Of a stretch of DNA of 64,000 nt, positions 53,301 through 64,000 are shown in pieces. The stretch is from Adineta vaga (lineage: Eukaryota > Animalia > Rotifera): NCBI GenBank assembly GCA_021613535.1, contig CP075495.1:620001-684000 (forward strand), given 5' to 3'. Position 1 is the first letter of the stretch, and every line of letters begins with the position of its first letter. The position numbers and the translations under genes were made by a program. The notes under the pieces are model-generated. The model worked only from the letters and a program-made list of their open reading frames with translations. It did not search any database and was not told where the DNA came from.

Positions 53301-53770
53301 GATTTTGATCATCAATTTTATTAAGAAAATGTTGTGCATTGATTGCGTAATTTCTAAGTTCAGAACCAGTTAATCCTTTTTTTCCATCGTATTCTTCTTT
53401 AAAATCATCCGATGGAATTAAATAATTTTGATCCTAAAAATAAAGAATAAGAAAATAAAAAATTGTTCAATATTAATCTTACTTCCCATTGTGTACCATG
53501 TCCTGCAAAATAAAATAAAACCATATCATCTTTTCTTAATGAACGTATAAAACTATTAACTGTCGATTCAAATTCATCACAAGTTAAATTTAATTTTGCT
53601 TCACCACCATGAATAATAAATCCCATTGATTTTAACATTTTCGACATATCATTTGCATCGTTAACAGCGTTTGCTAAAGAATTATTAATTTCATATTTAC
53701 TAATACCAATAACAAGTGCTATTTTACGATGAATATTAACTGAAGAAGAAAGATTTTCTATGGAAGCCAT
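50362..53770 (-). CDS. Gene F: caspase-like peptidase C14 (intact His/Cys dyad) + linker + NHL propeller, 587 aa (exons 53770-53483, 53433-52929, 51751-51680, 51260-50362)
   Basis: LFYFAGHG and LDCCR are intact. Intron positions and phases match gene B. Confidence 0.87.
52820..52891. repeat. Degenerate telomere-like hairpin element in the intron of gene F
   Basis: G/T-rich arm (ggatgtgggt...gtgagtg), core gaagaagatata, then C/A-rich arm (cacacccactcacatccccaccct). Confidence 0.6.
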
Positions 53771-55862
53771 GAATGAAGTTATGTTTTATCTAAAAATATT
53801 CAAATCATATTGAAATACAAGATTTCAGCCTATCCGATGTTTGTTTTAGATCAGATTGAAGACTGAATAACTACGATTTAAATGAAAAGAAAGATAGCTA
53901 AATGACGAGATGAATTTGTCTTGTTTAAGATATTTTCATTAATGGTGATGTTGCAGAAGATATTAGAAGAATAAAATTCATATCCATATTTTTGTTAGTT
54001 ATTTTAAAGAATTGAAAATTAGGAATAATAGGATTTTCATTTATAAATTTATTTATTGAAATTTTGTTGAATGATATATTAAATGAATAGAAAGAATATT
54101 TCTATATCGATATGTTCATTAAAAATATTCATAAAAAGATAAAATATATTTTGATCAAAATATCGAATATAATATTCTTTGGATTCTTTTAATGTTTTGT
54201 CTTGAAGATTCAAATTAAATTCTTTAAATTGAAAAGAGTAAAATTCTAAACATTACCTTTTAATTGATATTGGATAATAAAAAAAGTAAAAAGACTCTAA
54301 AATTTGATGAAATAAAATAAATTTCCAACAAATGTTTTTGTTTTCTTCTTATCTTGATAAAATACTCTTGTAGGTTTTCTTTTAAATTAATAAATATAAA
54401 GAATTATGATGACATCATTTTGAATAAAGATAAGATAAATGTGAAGAACTTTGTTTTAATATTTTGATTTTCTTTCTCTCATTATTATTCTTTTATAAAT
54501 GTACTTTATTAAACGATGAAATCACATTAACACTATAGGATATCCCGTTAGTCTATATCTATCATTTTCTGGAAGTATTCGATGACAATCGAATATGAAA
54601 TATTTCGAAACTCGCATAATATCAAAAACTATAAATATAAAGCAAACAATTTTCATTTAGTTATTGATTATGTATTCACATCAAGTATTCAAACGCCATC
54701 TTTTCATACTATACTTTAAGAATTTCATCTTCGTTATCATTGAATGTCGTAATAACACATACTGAAGCGTAACATCTTTCATTGATATTTTCTATTAGTA
54801 CATTCCTCTTATAAAGTATCACATTGTTCAATAAAATCCAAAAAAGATACGATAGATGACTAGGCACATAATCTTTGAGAACAAGATCACTATATACCAC
54901 ATTATCGATTGATATCATACATATCTGATAATGAGAATAAACAATGTTAAAGATTGTTTTATATACCCGATTATTATTACTATACCAGTTATTTGATGTT
55001 ACAAAGGATTTTAGAATAAAATATCGACAACTTGTTTGTACAAAAATTTCGTCTAAAGCAGATTAATGAAATTGTAACAAATGCCTATCAAATTTCATCA
55101 ACAACATCAAAACGTTTTTTATAATTACTTGAGAGTTGTTTTTATGAATACAGAATCCATCGTATCAATTGAGTTCACTTCTGCTAATGCAGCAGTAAAC
55201 AAACAATTGATTTCTCATAATGTCTCAGAAAATCTAATATGAATTTTATTTCAAAGAGAACAGCTACACCATCAAGTATAACAAGAGACATTTACCTCTT
55301 AATCCTTGAAATCAATTTCTTTCACAACAGTTCTAAGTGAACCACTATGAAAAACGTTTGATCATTTGACCTAGATTTACTTTAAATGCCGTCAGATACT
55401 AACATATAATATCCGGTTCATTTAGCTATTGACTTGTGAGTCTTTGAAAAAAGATAATAATGTTATGTAATCGAAATATGATCTAAGCAGCGCCAATATT
55501 ATTATTCAGTATAAAATAATCATTTCGACGTAAAATATTTTACATGAATTTGAATTATCTGTAAGATTATATATTATATTTTGTCTTGAAATGTTTGATG
55601 ATTATCAATTAATGAATAATAATAACATTGTCTAATATCAAACCAAATTTCTCTTGAAGTTTGAAACGTTAAGTTAATTGTATAAATCATTTTTGAGATA
55701 TTCTGAAGTGAAAAGAAAGGAAGCGAATGTAAGGATAGATATTCGAAATCAAGTCATAATCATCAAATTCAAAGATTTGATTTACTTTCTTATTAAAAAT
55801 TTATTTTTTGACAAAAATAATTTGAAAAAACTTAGTAAATGATATAAAAGATTTGTTAATTT

Positions 55863-57239
55863 CTATTTATATGTTATTAAATATTCAGCATATGCTTGAG
55901 CATCATGATAAGTAACAAAAATATGTTTGTTATCTGTAGTTGAATCAAATCCTTGAGGTGGAGTACTCATTGAAGTGTTACCTAAAGTTGTTTTACCAAC
56001 CAAAACAGATACAACAAACATACATCGTTCTCCATTCGAATTTGGTAAAGCATAACCATGACTATAAGTTGCTTCTGTTGAAAAATAAGCACCTTTTCCA
56101 TAAACAGTTCCTATTGAAAAAAAAACAGATAAATTTTAATAAAAATTATTAAAGAAATTCACCATTGATTCCCGCGAATGTTCTATTGAAAAAACTTCCA
56201 ATGATCAAATCAGCAGATACTTGAGTACAACCATGATAAAGTTTTCGTTCAGTATCTTCATCTAATCGTTTTTTGAAATCTTTTTTAAATGTTACATATT
56301 GTCTATACCATTGTTCATTTTGAACTCGTTCGATTTTTATTATTCGTTTATAATGACCCTTCATTGCCATCGTAAATTTAGTATTAATTAAATTATATTC
56401 ATCCGATTCTTTTTTTAAGACAACACGCATTACACCTGGTTCTGTCTCTTCTCATGTAGATGGAACATTATAAGTCTGAAGTTCCATAAGCTCTGGAAAA
56501 TACATTAAATATATTTTCTATTATTGTTCGCTCTCTGAAATAGTTTTTCGATTGAGTTAATTATTTTTATCCATAAGAACGATTATTTTGCTCTCAATAT
56601 GTTAGTAGTATCACATATTCGACAGATAGGTCAAAATAAATCATCTTTCGCATCTCTAAAGATATCTTCACCATCCCCCCCCTCCAACAATCTCTTAACA
56701 TTTGAATTAGCTTTCGTTGGAAAAATACTTGCCATATTTTTCTTTACGTTTTCTTTCTTTTTTTTGCTTGACGCCTTTTTCGATAACAGCAGCAAATCAA
56801 AAGTGATATTAAAACAAAAACAGTTGCTCCACCTGTTATCCCGCTTAGAGCTGTGATATGCCTTTTAAGATCAAATAATGGATAAATTGTTGTAGTCCCT
56901 AAAAGAAAACAATTTAAATGATTATTCTTCATAAGAATCTCTCTATTTTTACTAATCATAATCGATTAATAAATCATATATTCTTTTAACAGATAAGTAT
57001 TATTATGACGAAAAAATAGTTTATTGCTTATTTTAAGTGATTATAGCGAAAACCGACTTTCGAAAAAGAAAGAAACTTAAGAATATGAATTCAAAGTATT
57101 GTATTTTACCATTATTCCATCCATCATATGTGACTTCATTCGTAATATTCATGAATTCGATTGAAACTGAATGAGTTATGGGCAATGCAATAGAAGATAT
57201 GAAGTGTATCCAATAGAATATTGTAAAAAGATACCTCAT
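55863..57239 (-). pseudogene. Signal peptide + single TM + PARP catalytic domain (mono-ART-like), disrupted
   Basis: Leader MRYLFTIFYW..., TM ALSGITGGATVFVLISLLICCCYRKRR, then KIERVQN...ERKLYHGC, an intron, and GTVYGKGAYFS...YSHGY...VLVG...IFVTYHDAQAYAEYLITYK*. Frameshift/stop near 56745 and an in-frame TGA at 56454-56452. Confidence 0.8.
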
Positions 57240-58113
57240 TGCTTAATATCTTAAAAATAGATGATAGAAAAGTAAATAGATCGAAAGAATCTCTTAGGAA
57301 CCAAATTTTTAGCCCTTTCTGCAAATCCTATCATCATATATGAGATAATCTTTAAATCCTCCTCAAAAGTTCTACTCGTGTTTTTTCATGATTTTCCAGG
57401 ATTTTTACTGAGAGTCTTCTTTGGTTACCGAATGAGATTTAAAACCCGAACATTTTTATACTAATAGATGTGTTTCGATGAGATCTATTATATTCTTTCG
57501 AAAAATACTAAATATCAAAAATCCTCAAATTTCACAAAGTAAGATCTGAAGATGGCTCAAAGATTATCTTACATCTCATGATAGGATGCTCAGAAAAGGC
57601 TAAAAATTTGGTTTCTAGTATAATTTTCTCATGGACCTTCTCTTAAATTGACTCAAAGACTTGATCTCAATTCGAAAATTCTCGCTAACTATGTGTGTAC
57701 GATTTACACTATTGGACTTTTTTTTCAAGTCTAAGTTGGTAATTCTACATCATTTTTTTGTTATCATTTTAAATAGTATTTAATAATTCTTTGTTTCTTT
57801 TTCTAATAGATAAGATTTATCATTAAATTTCACATGTTATTTTATTCTTTTTCTCAAGAAATGTTTTTCGACGAAATAATTAATATCAGAGAATTTGTTA
57901 CAATCAGAAGAGAAAAGTTTGTACAAGAAGTTTACATAGATCCTTTTTTGTTTATTTTAACAAATAAAATATTATTTTATTTCAAAGATCGAATATGAGA
58001 GTATCTTCCTATATCTAATTCTTACTCTATCATTTTTTATTTTACAGTTACATAATTTAGGATGACCCGTTGAAGTAACAGTGAAAACACCATGTCCGTA
58101 ACTACCACCATCG

Positions 58114-58168
58114 TGAGGGTGTGGATGTAGATCTAAGTCAAGAAGATATACCCACACTCGAGATCTAC
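58114..58168. repeat. Degenerate telomere-like hairpin element
   Basis: tgagggtgtggatgtagatct...aagaagatatacccacactcgagatctac, sharing the aagaagatata core with the 52820 copy. Confidence 0.55.
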
Positions 58169-58446
58169 TAGAACACTTCACTAGTGTTTCGCAGGTTTAC
58201 AAAACAAGACGACTATTGAAGAGAAAAAAATAAAGACAAACTACTCTTTTCGTTGTATTTTAAAAGATCAAAAAATTCGATTATTTATCATAACAATATA
58301 TAATGAAATCATTCTTTATACATTTGAAATTTGTTTTATTTTGTATTTAGAATATCATCTTCAACCTTTTCTTAAAATTCTCAATCAATTATCATACACA
58401 ATTTCCTTATTCTCGCAGTCTATCTATCCTTAGTGAAGTATTTATC

Positions 58447-60492
58447 ATGGATCGTAGTGTTTTGATTTTATATCCGTCTCCTGAATCATTATCATCGACG
58501 GACGAGATTGAAACTGATGAGATTCTCATTAGTGCTGATGTTTCTGAAAAATTATACAAATTACATCCGTTACCAAATCCAACTATGGTTGTTATACCAC
58601 GTGATACATTTCCAAAGATTGCTTGTTTGATAGGCTATACTTTAGACGATGCAATACTTTTATATCGTCAGTTATTTTATTCGACATGGGAAATATCACC
58701 ACCAGGTTTTGATACAGACAAACTTAGTAAAATCCTTGATTATATCGATAAATGGTCATTGAATTCAGTGCCAGTTATTGTTGATTATGGAGGTTCATTT
58801 GAAACGAAACATCTACATTCGATACAATACGCATTTCCACAAGCTGTCATTTATTCAGTTGATACATTGTATGCTACACTTGATTTATTAATCTTGCAGA
58901 TAAATCAAGATGCAACTAAATGGTGTATAATACCTGTTTTCAATAGTACGAGTGAAGTCGATCAGCTTGAATTAGTTGAATGTTTATGTCAAGAGTTGAT
59001 AGGAAAATCATCTATTTCTACCAACATTCAAATAGATCATTTGGAGCTGTTTAAAAAGATTTATGATTTACGTATTTATGATCCATACTCAGAAATTCTC
59101 AGTTTCAAAAATATTTATTTCGTTGATAGTTTAGAAAAGTGTTCAATTGTTCCATGCAGTATATTCATGGCTTATAATACATACGATGCAACACCAACTC
59201 ACAAATCACTATTATCACTAGATTTAATTGATCCTACTCATACAAGAGTTGATATGTGTAATGATAATGGAGGTCTTTATTACTCTAGAAAGCACTTTTC
59301 ACAAGCTCAATCTGCAAAACCAACTACATGCAATTTGTGTAATAGAACAAAATGGGATAATATTTCTGCTAAACTTAGTGAAATAGACTTAATACTTCCG
59401 ATAAAACCCAACGTTTATCCACTTCCGAGAACAGATAAAATAAATTGGCTTGGTACTAGCGATATCACAAAATTCCTATGTGGTAAACGTTATGTCTGGA
59501 ATAGCAACTACATTGATTCCATGGCGCATTTATTTCGTATAAAAAAAACACAATTTTTACAACATGTTGACTGTTTAAATCTAAGTTCTCTTTTAACTGA
59601 AAATCATATTGAAAATGTAACAGCTCCAATTGTTCAGCAATTTATCGAACAACATGTGAATGATTTTTGGAAAAATAATGATCAAAACAATGATATTCTG
59701 CAAAAGTGTCCAAAAACTTTTCTTAAAGAATGTCTTCACGAACTATTGGGTCCGATAAACAACCTTCGAATTTATATAGAATGTGATGAAGATATAGTTT
59801 ATTCGTCTGAATTAATTCGACAAATGAAACATGAAGATTCAAATCTTCATATTGAATATTCCTATAATGAATACATGGAAACGAAAACAACAACTATCTA
59901 TGAATCAGCTATCATTCTAGTTTTTGAATCTAATCAAAATTATGTTTTGGTATTTGGTGAACTTGAGCGTTTCTTTAAATATATATCAACTTGTACATCA
60001 TTAAAGGAAATTTGTCAACGAATAGAATCATCCGTTGCTTTTGTTGATCAATTAGGTAATGAACAAAATGTAAAATGGCATCAAAATCTTTCATTTGTTT
60101 ATGTAGCTGCTCACCAAGAATCATTAATTCAACAAACAGAAGATTCCCTTTTAAAACTAGGTTTAAAAGATATTAATTTCATATCGAAAAAATTAAAATA
60201 TTTGGATTATGATGAATTATCACAACAGTCCAGTACGAATCAAGCAGTTATTTGTTTTAATTATTCTTCATCTCCTGAGCTCGATTGTCAATCAATACCA
60301 TGGAATCGACTTGATCAATGGATTTTTGATAAGGACAAGTGTAAATTTACTGGCCCAATCATATCTATGTATCCAAAAGTATCAACACATTTAAATCTCG
60401 AATATCCACAAGATCAACAACACACACATGTTGGTTATGCTTACAGTCTACTTTGTGACCAGATTTTAATACTTATTCAATGGCGCAATTAA
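58447..60492 (+). CDS. Uncharacterised 681-aa protein, intronless ORF
   Basis: A 2-kb open frame in very AT-rich DNA with globular-like composition. No domain recognised. Confidence 0.75.
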   Translation: MDRSVLILYPSPESLSSTDEIETDEILISADVSEKLYKLHPLPNPTMVVIPRDTFPKIACLIGYTLDDAILLYRQLFYSTWEISPPGFDTDKLSKILDYIDKWSLNSVPVIVDYGGSFETKHLHSIQYAFPQAVIYSVDTLYATLDLLILQINQDATKWCIIPVFNSTSEVDQLELVECLCQELIGKSSISTNIQIDHLELFKKIYDLRIYDPYSEILSFKNIYFVDSLEKCSIVPCSIFMAYNTYDATPTHKSLLSLDLIDPTHTRVDMCNDNGGLYYSRKHFSQAQSAKPTTCNLCNRTKWDNISAKLSEIDLILPIKPNVYPLPRTDKINWLGTSDITKFLCGKRYVWNSNYIDSMAHLFRIKKTQFLQHVDCLNLSSLLTENHIENVTAPIVQQFIEQHVNDFWKNNDQNNDILQKCPKTFLKECLHELLGPINNLRIYIECDEDIVYSSELIRQMKHEDSNLHIEYSYNEYMETKTTTIYESAIILVFESNQNYVLVFGELERFFKYISTCTSLKEICQRIESSVAFVDQLGNEQNVKWHQNLSFVYVAAHQESLIQQTEDSLLKLGLKDINFISKKLKYLDYDELSQQSSTNQAVICFNYSSSPELDCQSIPWNRLDQWIFDKDKCKFTGPIISMYPKVSTHLNLEYPQDQQHTHVGYAYSLLCDQILILIQWRN

Positions 60493-60523
60493 CATTCAAA
60501 TATATTTTGTGGAACTTATATTA

Positions 60524-60630
60524 ATCTTGAGGGTGCGTGTGGGTAATACACTTCTCTTCATCTACACCCACACCCACACCCACACCCACACCCACACCCA
60601 CACCCACACCCACACCCACACCCACACCCT
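60524..60630. repeat. Hairpin element whose right arm is a perfect (ACACCC)11 array, i.e. a (TGTGGG)n telomere-type repeat on the - strand
   Basis: 60564-60629 is 11 perfect hexamers. The left arm ATCTTGAGGGTG matches the start of the 61313 element. Confidence 0.9.
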
Positions 60631-60649
60631 TTTCCTTCTAATTGAATAT

Positions 60650-61070
60650 GATGTTGAATATTTTTAATTAAACTATGTTGTTCAGTAAGGATTCGAATAA
60701 TCTTCATTTTCAATTAATATCTTTTCATATAGAATATAAAGATACTATCAATTTGATGAAGATTACATATTTTCGATAATAAATTATGTGCATCAACTCC
60801 GGATATAATCAGAAATATTCTTTCTGATTTGATTGATTCAATATATTGTATACATTCATTTATATCAGTAAATAATAAAGTATAATCATTAATTTCTCTT
60901 AACTTACTTTTTGTTAATTGAATATCTGGTGAATTTATTTGAATTCTTCTATCAAACCATATTGATGTGATGTTTTCTTTATTACCATGAATTCTTTCTT
61001 TATTCTCATCATTTTGTGATATTTGTTCGTAGTTACGACACTCATCTCTTTCCTCGTGATTTGTTGCCAT
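60650..61070 (-). pseudogene. Truncated N-terminal fragment resembling bdelloid ART/TPR-family proteins
   Basis: ENITSIWFD...LREINDYTLLFTDINECIQYIESIKSERIFLIISG...QIDSIFIF, then a stop. Family assignment is from recalled similarity only. Confidence 0.5.
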
Positions 61071-61312
61071 TGAAATGATTGTTTTTAATCTTCTACAGAA
61101 TAGCAATACATTAAAGGAAAGTTGGTACTTTTCAAGGTAATGTAGGAAGAGAAAAACTTTGTTATTCATTATTTGTAATGATTCATTCAGAATTGATGTA
61201 TGCATTAGGTTGGCAACAAAGTTTTTTGCGTTTTTATCAAAAATTTAATTTTTTCCATTTCACTGCTATAACTGGCTTTCAGTTATATAAGCACCACTAC
61301 TATCTATGACTT

Positions 61313-61370
61313 ATCTTGAGGGTGTGGGTGTGGTTATATATTACCTAGTCCTCACACACACCCTCAAGAT
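61313..61370. repeat. Short hairpin element with 14-bp perfect inverted termini
   Basis: ATCTTGAGGGTGTG ... CACACCCTCAAGAT. Confidence 0.85.
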
Positions 61371-62187
61371 GGTGGGGATGGGGCGAGGGGTGAGTCCAAA
61401 TTTCTACGCTTAAACACTGCAACACTCCTTTCAGGTCGTGTTTCACAAAAAAGAATACCAAAGAGAGTACTAAAATCACATTGATAAATGCCATTTGAAT
61501 TAATTTCTTCGACATAATTTTAAGACAAACCAGAGTATGAATATGAGAACGAAATTTTTGCGATAAATTTTTGTGATAGAAGAGCACAGAATAGAGAAGA
61601 AAAATAAAAAAAACAAATAAAATGCTGTCATCATCCATTCTACGAAGAAGTTACATAATGGAACTACGATGTTTTCAGTAAACAGAGTTTCACAGGCTGT
61701 TAGAATATTCGATCCTTCTGTTGGTTTTGCACTCGACTGAGAAGACTTTTGATATGGTTGTTGTAGTTGGTATCTTTCGTTTTCTATTTTTGCCAGCTGA
61801 CAACCAGGAATATTTCTTTGTTCATGGGTGGTATTCATATTTTTTCCAGTAGTCAAATCTGTTGTCCTACGATGGAGTTTCCTGTGCATCATTGTTTTAT
61901 GGAATAGTAGCGTTTACGAAATACATTTGTTAGTGGCATATTTAATACAAAAAACTATGCGTACGACAATCGATGCAAAATGGGTAACTATGTCAGCACT
62001 TTTATTGACACAAAATCGTTGCATGATGTTGTTTTTTCGTTTGAAATTGTCCTTTGTTATGAATAAGAAGGAGAAATGACGTAATGACGAATGAAAACCA
62101 ACGCTTTTAATACACGTCTCGCTCACAACAGTTCCGAGAATGCGATGAAGCTCATACGCTCTTTCATTATTTTTATGTTAGGAAATT

Positions 62188-62239
62188 GGGTGTAGCTGAG
62201 GTTGAGGGTGAACAAACGATAACTACACCCACACCCTCA
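62188..62239. repeat. Telomere-like hairpin element
   Basis: gggtgtag...tgagggtg ... ctacacccacaccctca. Confidence 0.6.
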
Positions 62240-62396
62240 TCACTCTAGTTGTATACAACTCTTGGTATTTATCTAATGAAATAAAAATCAATTGTATTTT
62301 CATATTCTTTTCAAATTCAACTTCAAATTAGATTTCTTTAGTGACTATCTGCTATTTAAAACACTCCGGAATGTGTCAACAATTTTTATTAGTAAT

Positions 62397-62708
62397 TTAA
62401 TTAGATTTAATATCGAGTCCACATGTATTACAACAAGGTGGTTTTCCACAACACATGAGACACATTGGAGGTCGAGTTACACGAACGACCGGAGTGGAGA
62501 CAGTTGATGTGATTACCATTGGTTCGGTAGTTAGGTTAATTAAGTCAGTTAGATTGAAGTTAAAACCACATTTTGGTAAACCACAACAGTTACAACATGG
62601 AGGTGGGCCACAACAAGTTGCACAACGTTTGTCACGATTGAGTTCACTGGAATAAACACAACCGAGAACGAATATTAAGAGGAAAGCAGCTAAAGGATAA
62701 CTACGCAT
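62397..62708 (-). CDS. Secreted Cys-rich peptide precursor, 103 aa
   Basis: Signal peptide MRSYPLAAFLLIFVLGCVYS, an RDKR processing site, and two C-x2-CCG-x-PPCCN-x-CGL modules separated by a Thr/Pro/Val linker. Confidence 0.8.
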   Translation of the reverse strand: MRSYPLAAFLLIFVLGCVYSSELNRDKRCATCCGPPPCCNCCGLPKCGFNFNLTDLINLTTEPMVITSTVSTPVVRVTRPPMCLMCCGKPPCCNTCGLDIKSN

Positions 62709-63290
62709 ATTGATTGAAACACTAACAAAGTGCAAATAGTCAAATATTTTCACTGATTTTTATAATCATGGTATTATTAAAGACATCTGTATTGTTTCAC
62801 ATATATAGTTTGGTATATTGCTACCAGTAGGCGTAAATAAATACGTACCTTGTATCATTCGTTTTCTTTTGAAAATTTTAAAGCTTATACCGGTACAAAT
62901 GCATACGTTTGGTAGAAGAATCTATTAAACATTTTATTCACTCACTGGCGATGAAAATCTATTTAAGAACAGTATCTGATATGATAACAAATCAATCGTT
63001 GATACAAAAAAATTGTAGACAAGACTGATTTTCCTCTCGATAGAATGCATCTTGTGAATTACACAGTTTATAGCGAAAATATTATCGAATGATAATGATT
63101 TTACATGTGACAGTGCAATTCCATAATCATGTGGTTCAACACAGAAATTTTTTGATTGCAATCATATTTGTATCTGTCACTCTCGATGTGGTAATATTCT
63201 TCTTTATTATCCATTGTCACTGATGAATGAAAGTGTTTGTCCGCCATAACCAAATGGTAAGTAAAGAGTGTGTAATTATTTTCCATCCAG

Positions 63291-63500
63291 ACAACACACG
63301 AATGATTCTATGATTGAATGAAAATCAAAAGGAGATTCTTATTGAAAATATCGATTGTCAAAGTTTGCTCATGGATATTTACGGATTTCTTAATGTTTCT
63401 GATCGGGAAAAGCAAAAAGTCCGTACTCCGGTATACTTTCATTAATTTGTCACTTGATTTAGAAAGTAATCTTTACGTTAGTAATTGGTGAAATGATGAA
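63291..63500 (+). pseudogene. Decayed NHL exon relic related to the six-copy family
   Basis: NTRMIL*LNENQKEILIENIDCQSLLMDIYGFLNVSDREKQKVR and LSLDLESNLYVSNW*ND match blades 3 and 6, with the middle deleted. Confidence 0.7.
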
Positions 63501-64000
63501 ACCTTAGATTCTCCTGAGTGAATAATATCACATATTTTGTTAACCATCTGGTTATGATTCTATCATTTTTGCATCCATTCTCCTATCAGAATCTCACCTT
63601 GTTTTTTTTTGATAATTGTTTATAGTGTCAATGAAGTCTTCTCCAACTTCATAGAATAGATCGGAAATTTTCAACGAATTCTTCTTCACAATTGGATGTT
63701 CATTATAAGTTTTACTGTGTTTGTATGAGATGTTTATCTACTTATTATCCATTATATCTTTCAATAACTAAACATAAACAATGAAAAAGAAATCCTTTTG
63801 AATTTGTTGAAAAATGACTAAATATATTTCAATTGATGTCCAAGCAACAATGACATATGTAACTGAAACAAATCCAGAAAAATCAATATAAATTCATCAT
63901 AAAAGACAAAATATATGTGATGCTGATAATATTCTTTCACTCTGATAAAAATCAATTAATCAAATAATTAACGTTTGTCGGGAGCGACTTGCTTTGCCCT

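Noticed and set aside
60564-60629. CRISPR array or true chromosome end
   Set aside because: It is a simple hexamer without spacers, and unique sequence continues on both sides.

Overview
AT-rich eukaryotic DNA with short GT-AG introns. The gene families and the (TGTGGG)n repeat suggest a bdelloid rotifer (Adineta-like); this is inference. The core of the window is a cluster of six spliced genes (A-F) that all end in the same ~899-nt NHL beta-propeller exon, entered through a phase-1 splice. Each carries one of three N-terminal modules: an R-S-E ADP-ribosyltransferase (A 9161-11221+, D 38670-41816-), a caspase-like peptidase C14 (B 17621-20702+, F 50362-53770-), or a B-box-like zinc finger plus coiled coil (C 28457-30710+, E 44439-46713-). 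The NHL exons are almost identical in the framework, including silent sites, but are hypervariable at about 30 codons in three recurring motifs per blade (GGNG-x-G, x-P-x-G, D-x-x-N-x). These codons have diverged several-fold more than adjacent introns, the variants form a patchwork among copies, and genes D and F show a direct swap of effector domain on one shared linker+NHL cassette. Together this looks like a modular, diversifying sensor-effector (immune-like) receptor system. Around it are further ADP-ribosylation genes and pseudogenes, a GPCR, two unknown multi-pass membrane paralogs, a Tc1/mariner-like MITE, short hairpin elements built from telomere-like repeats, and a Cys-rich secreted peptide. 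All alignments and difference counts were done by eye; no database search was run.
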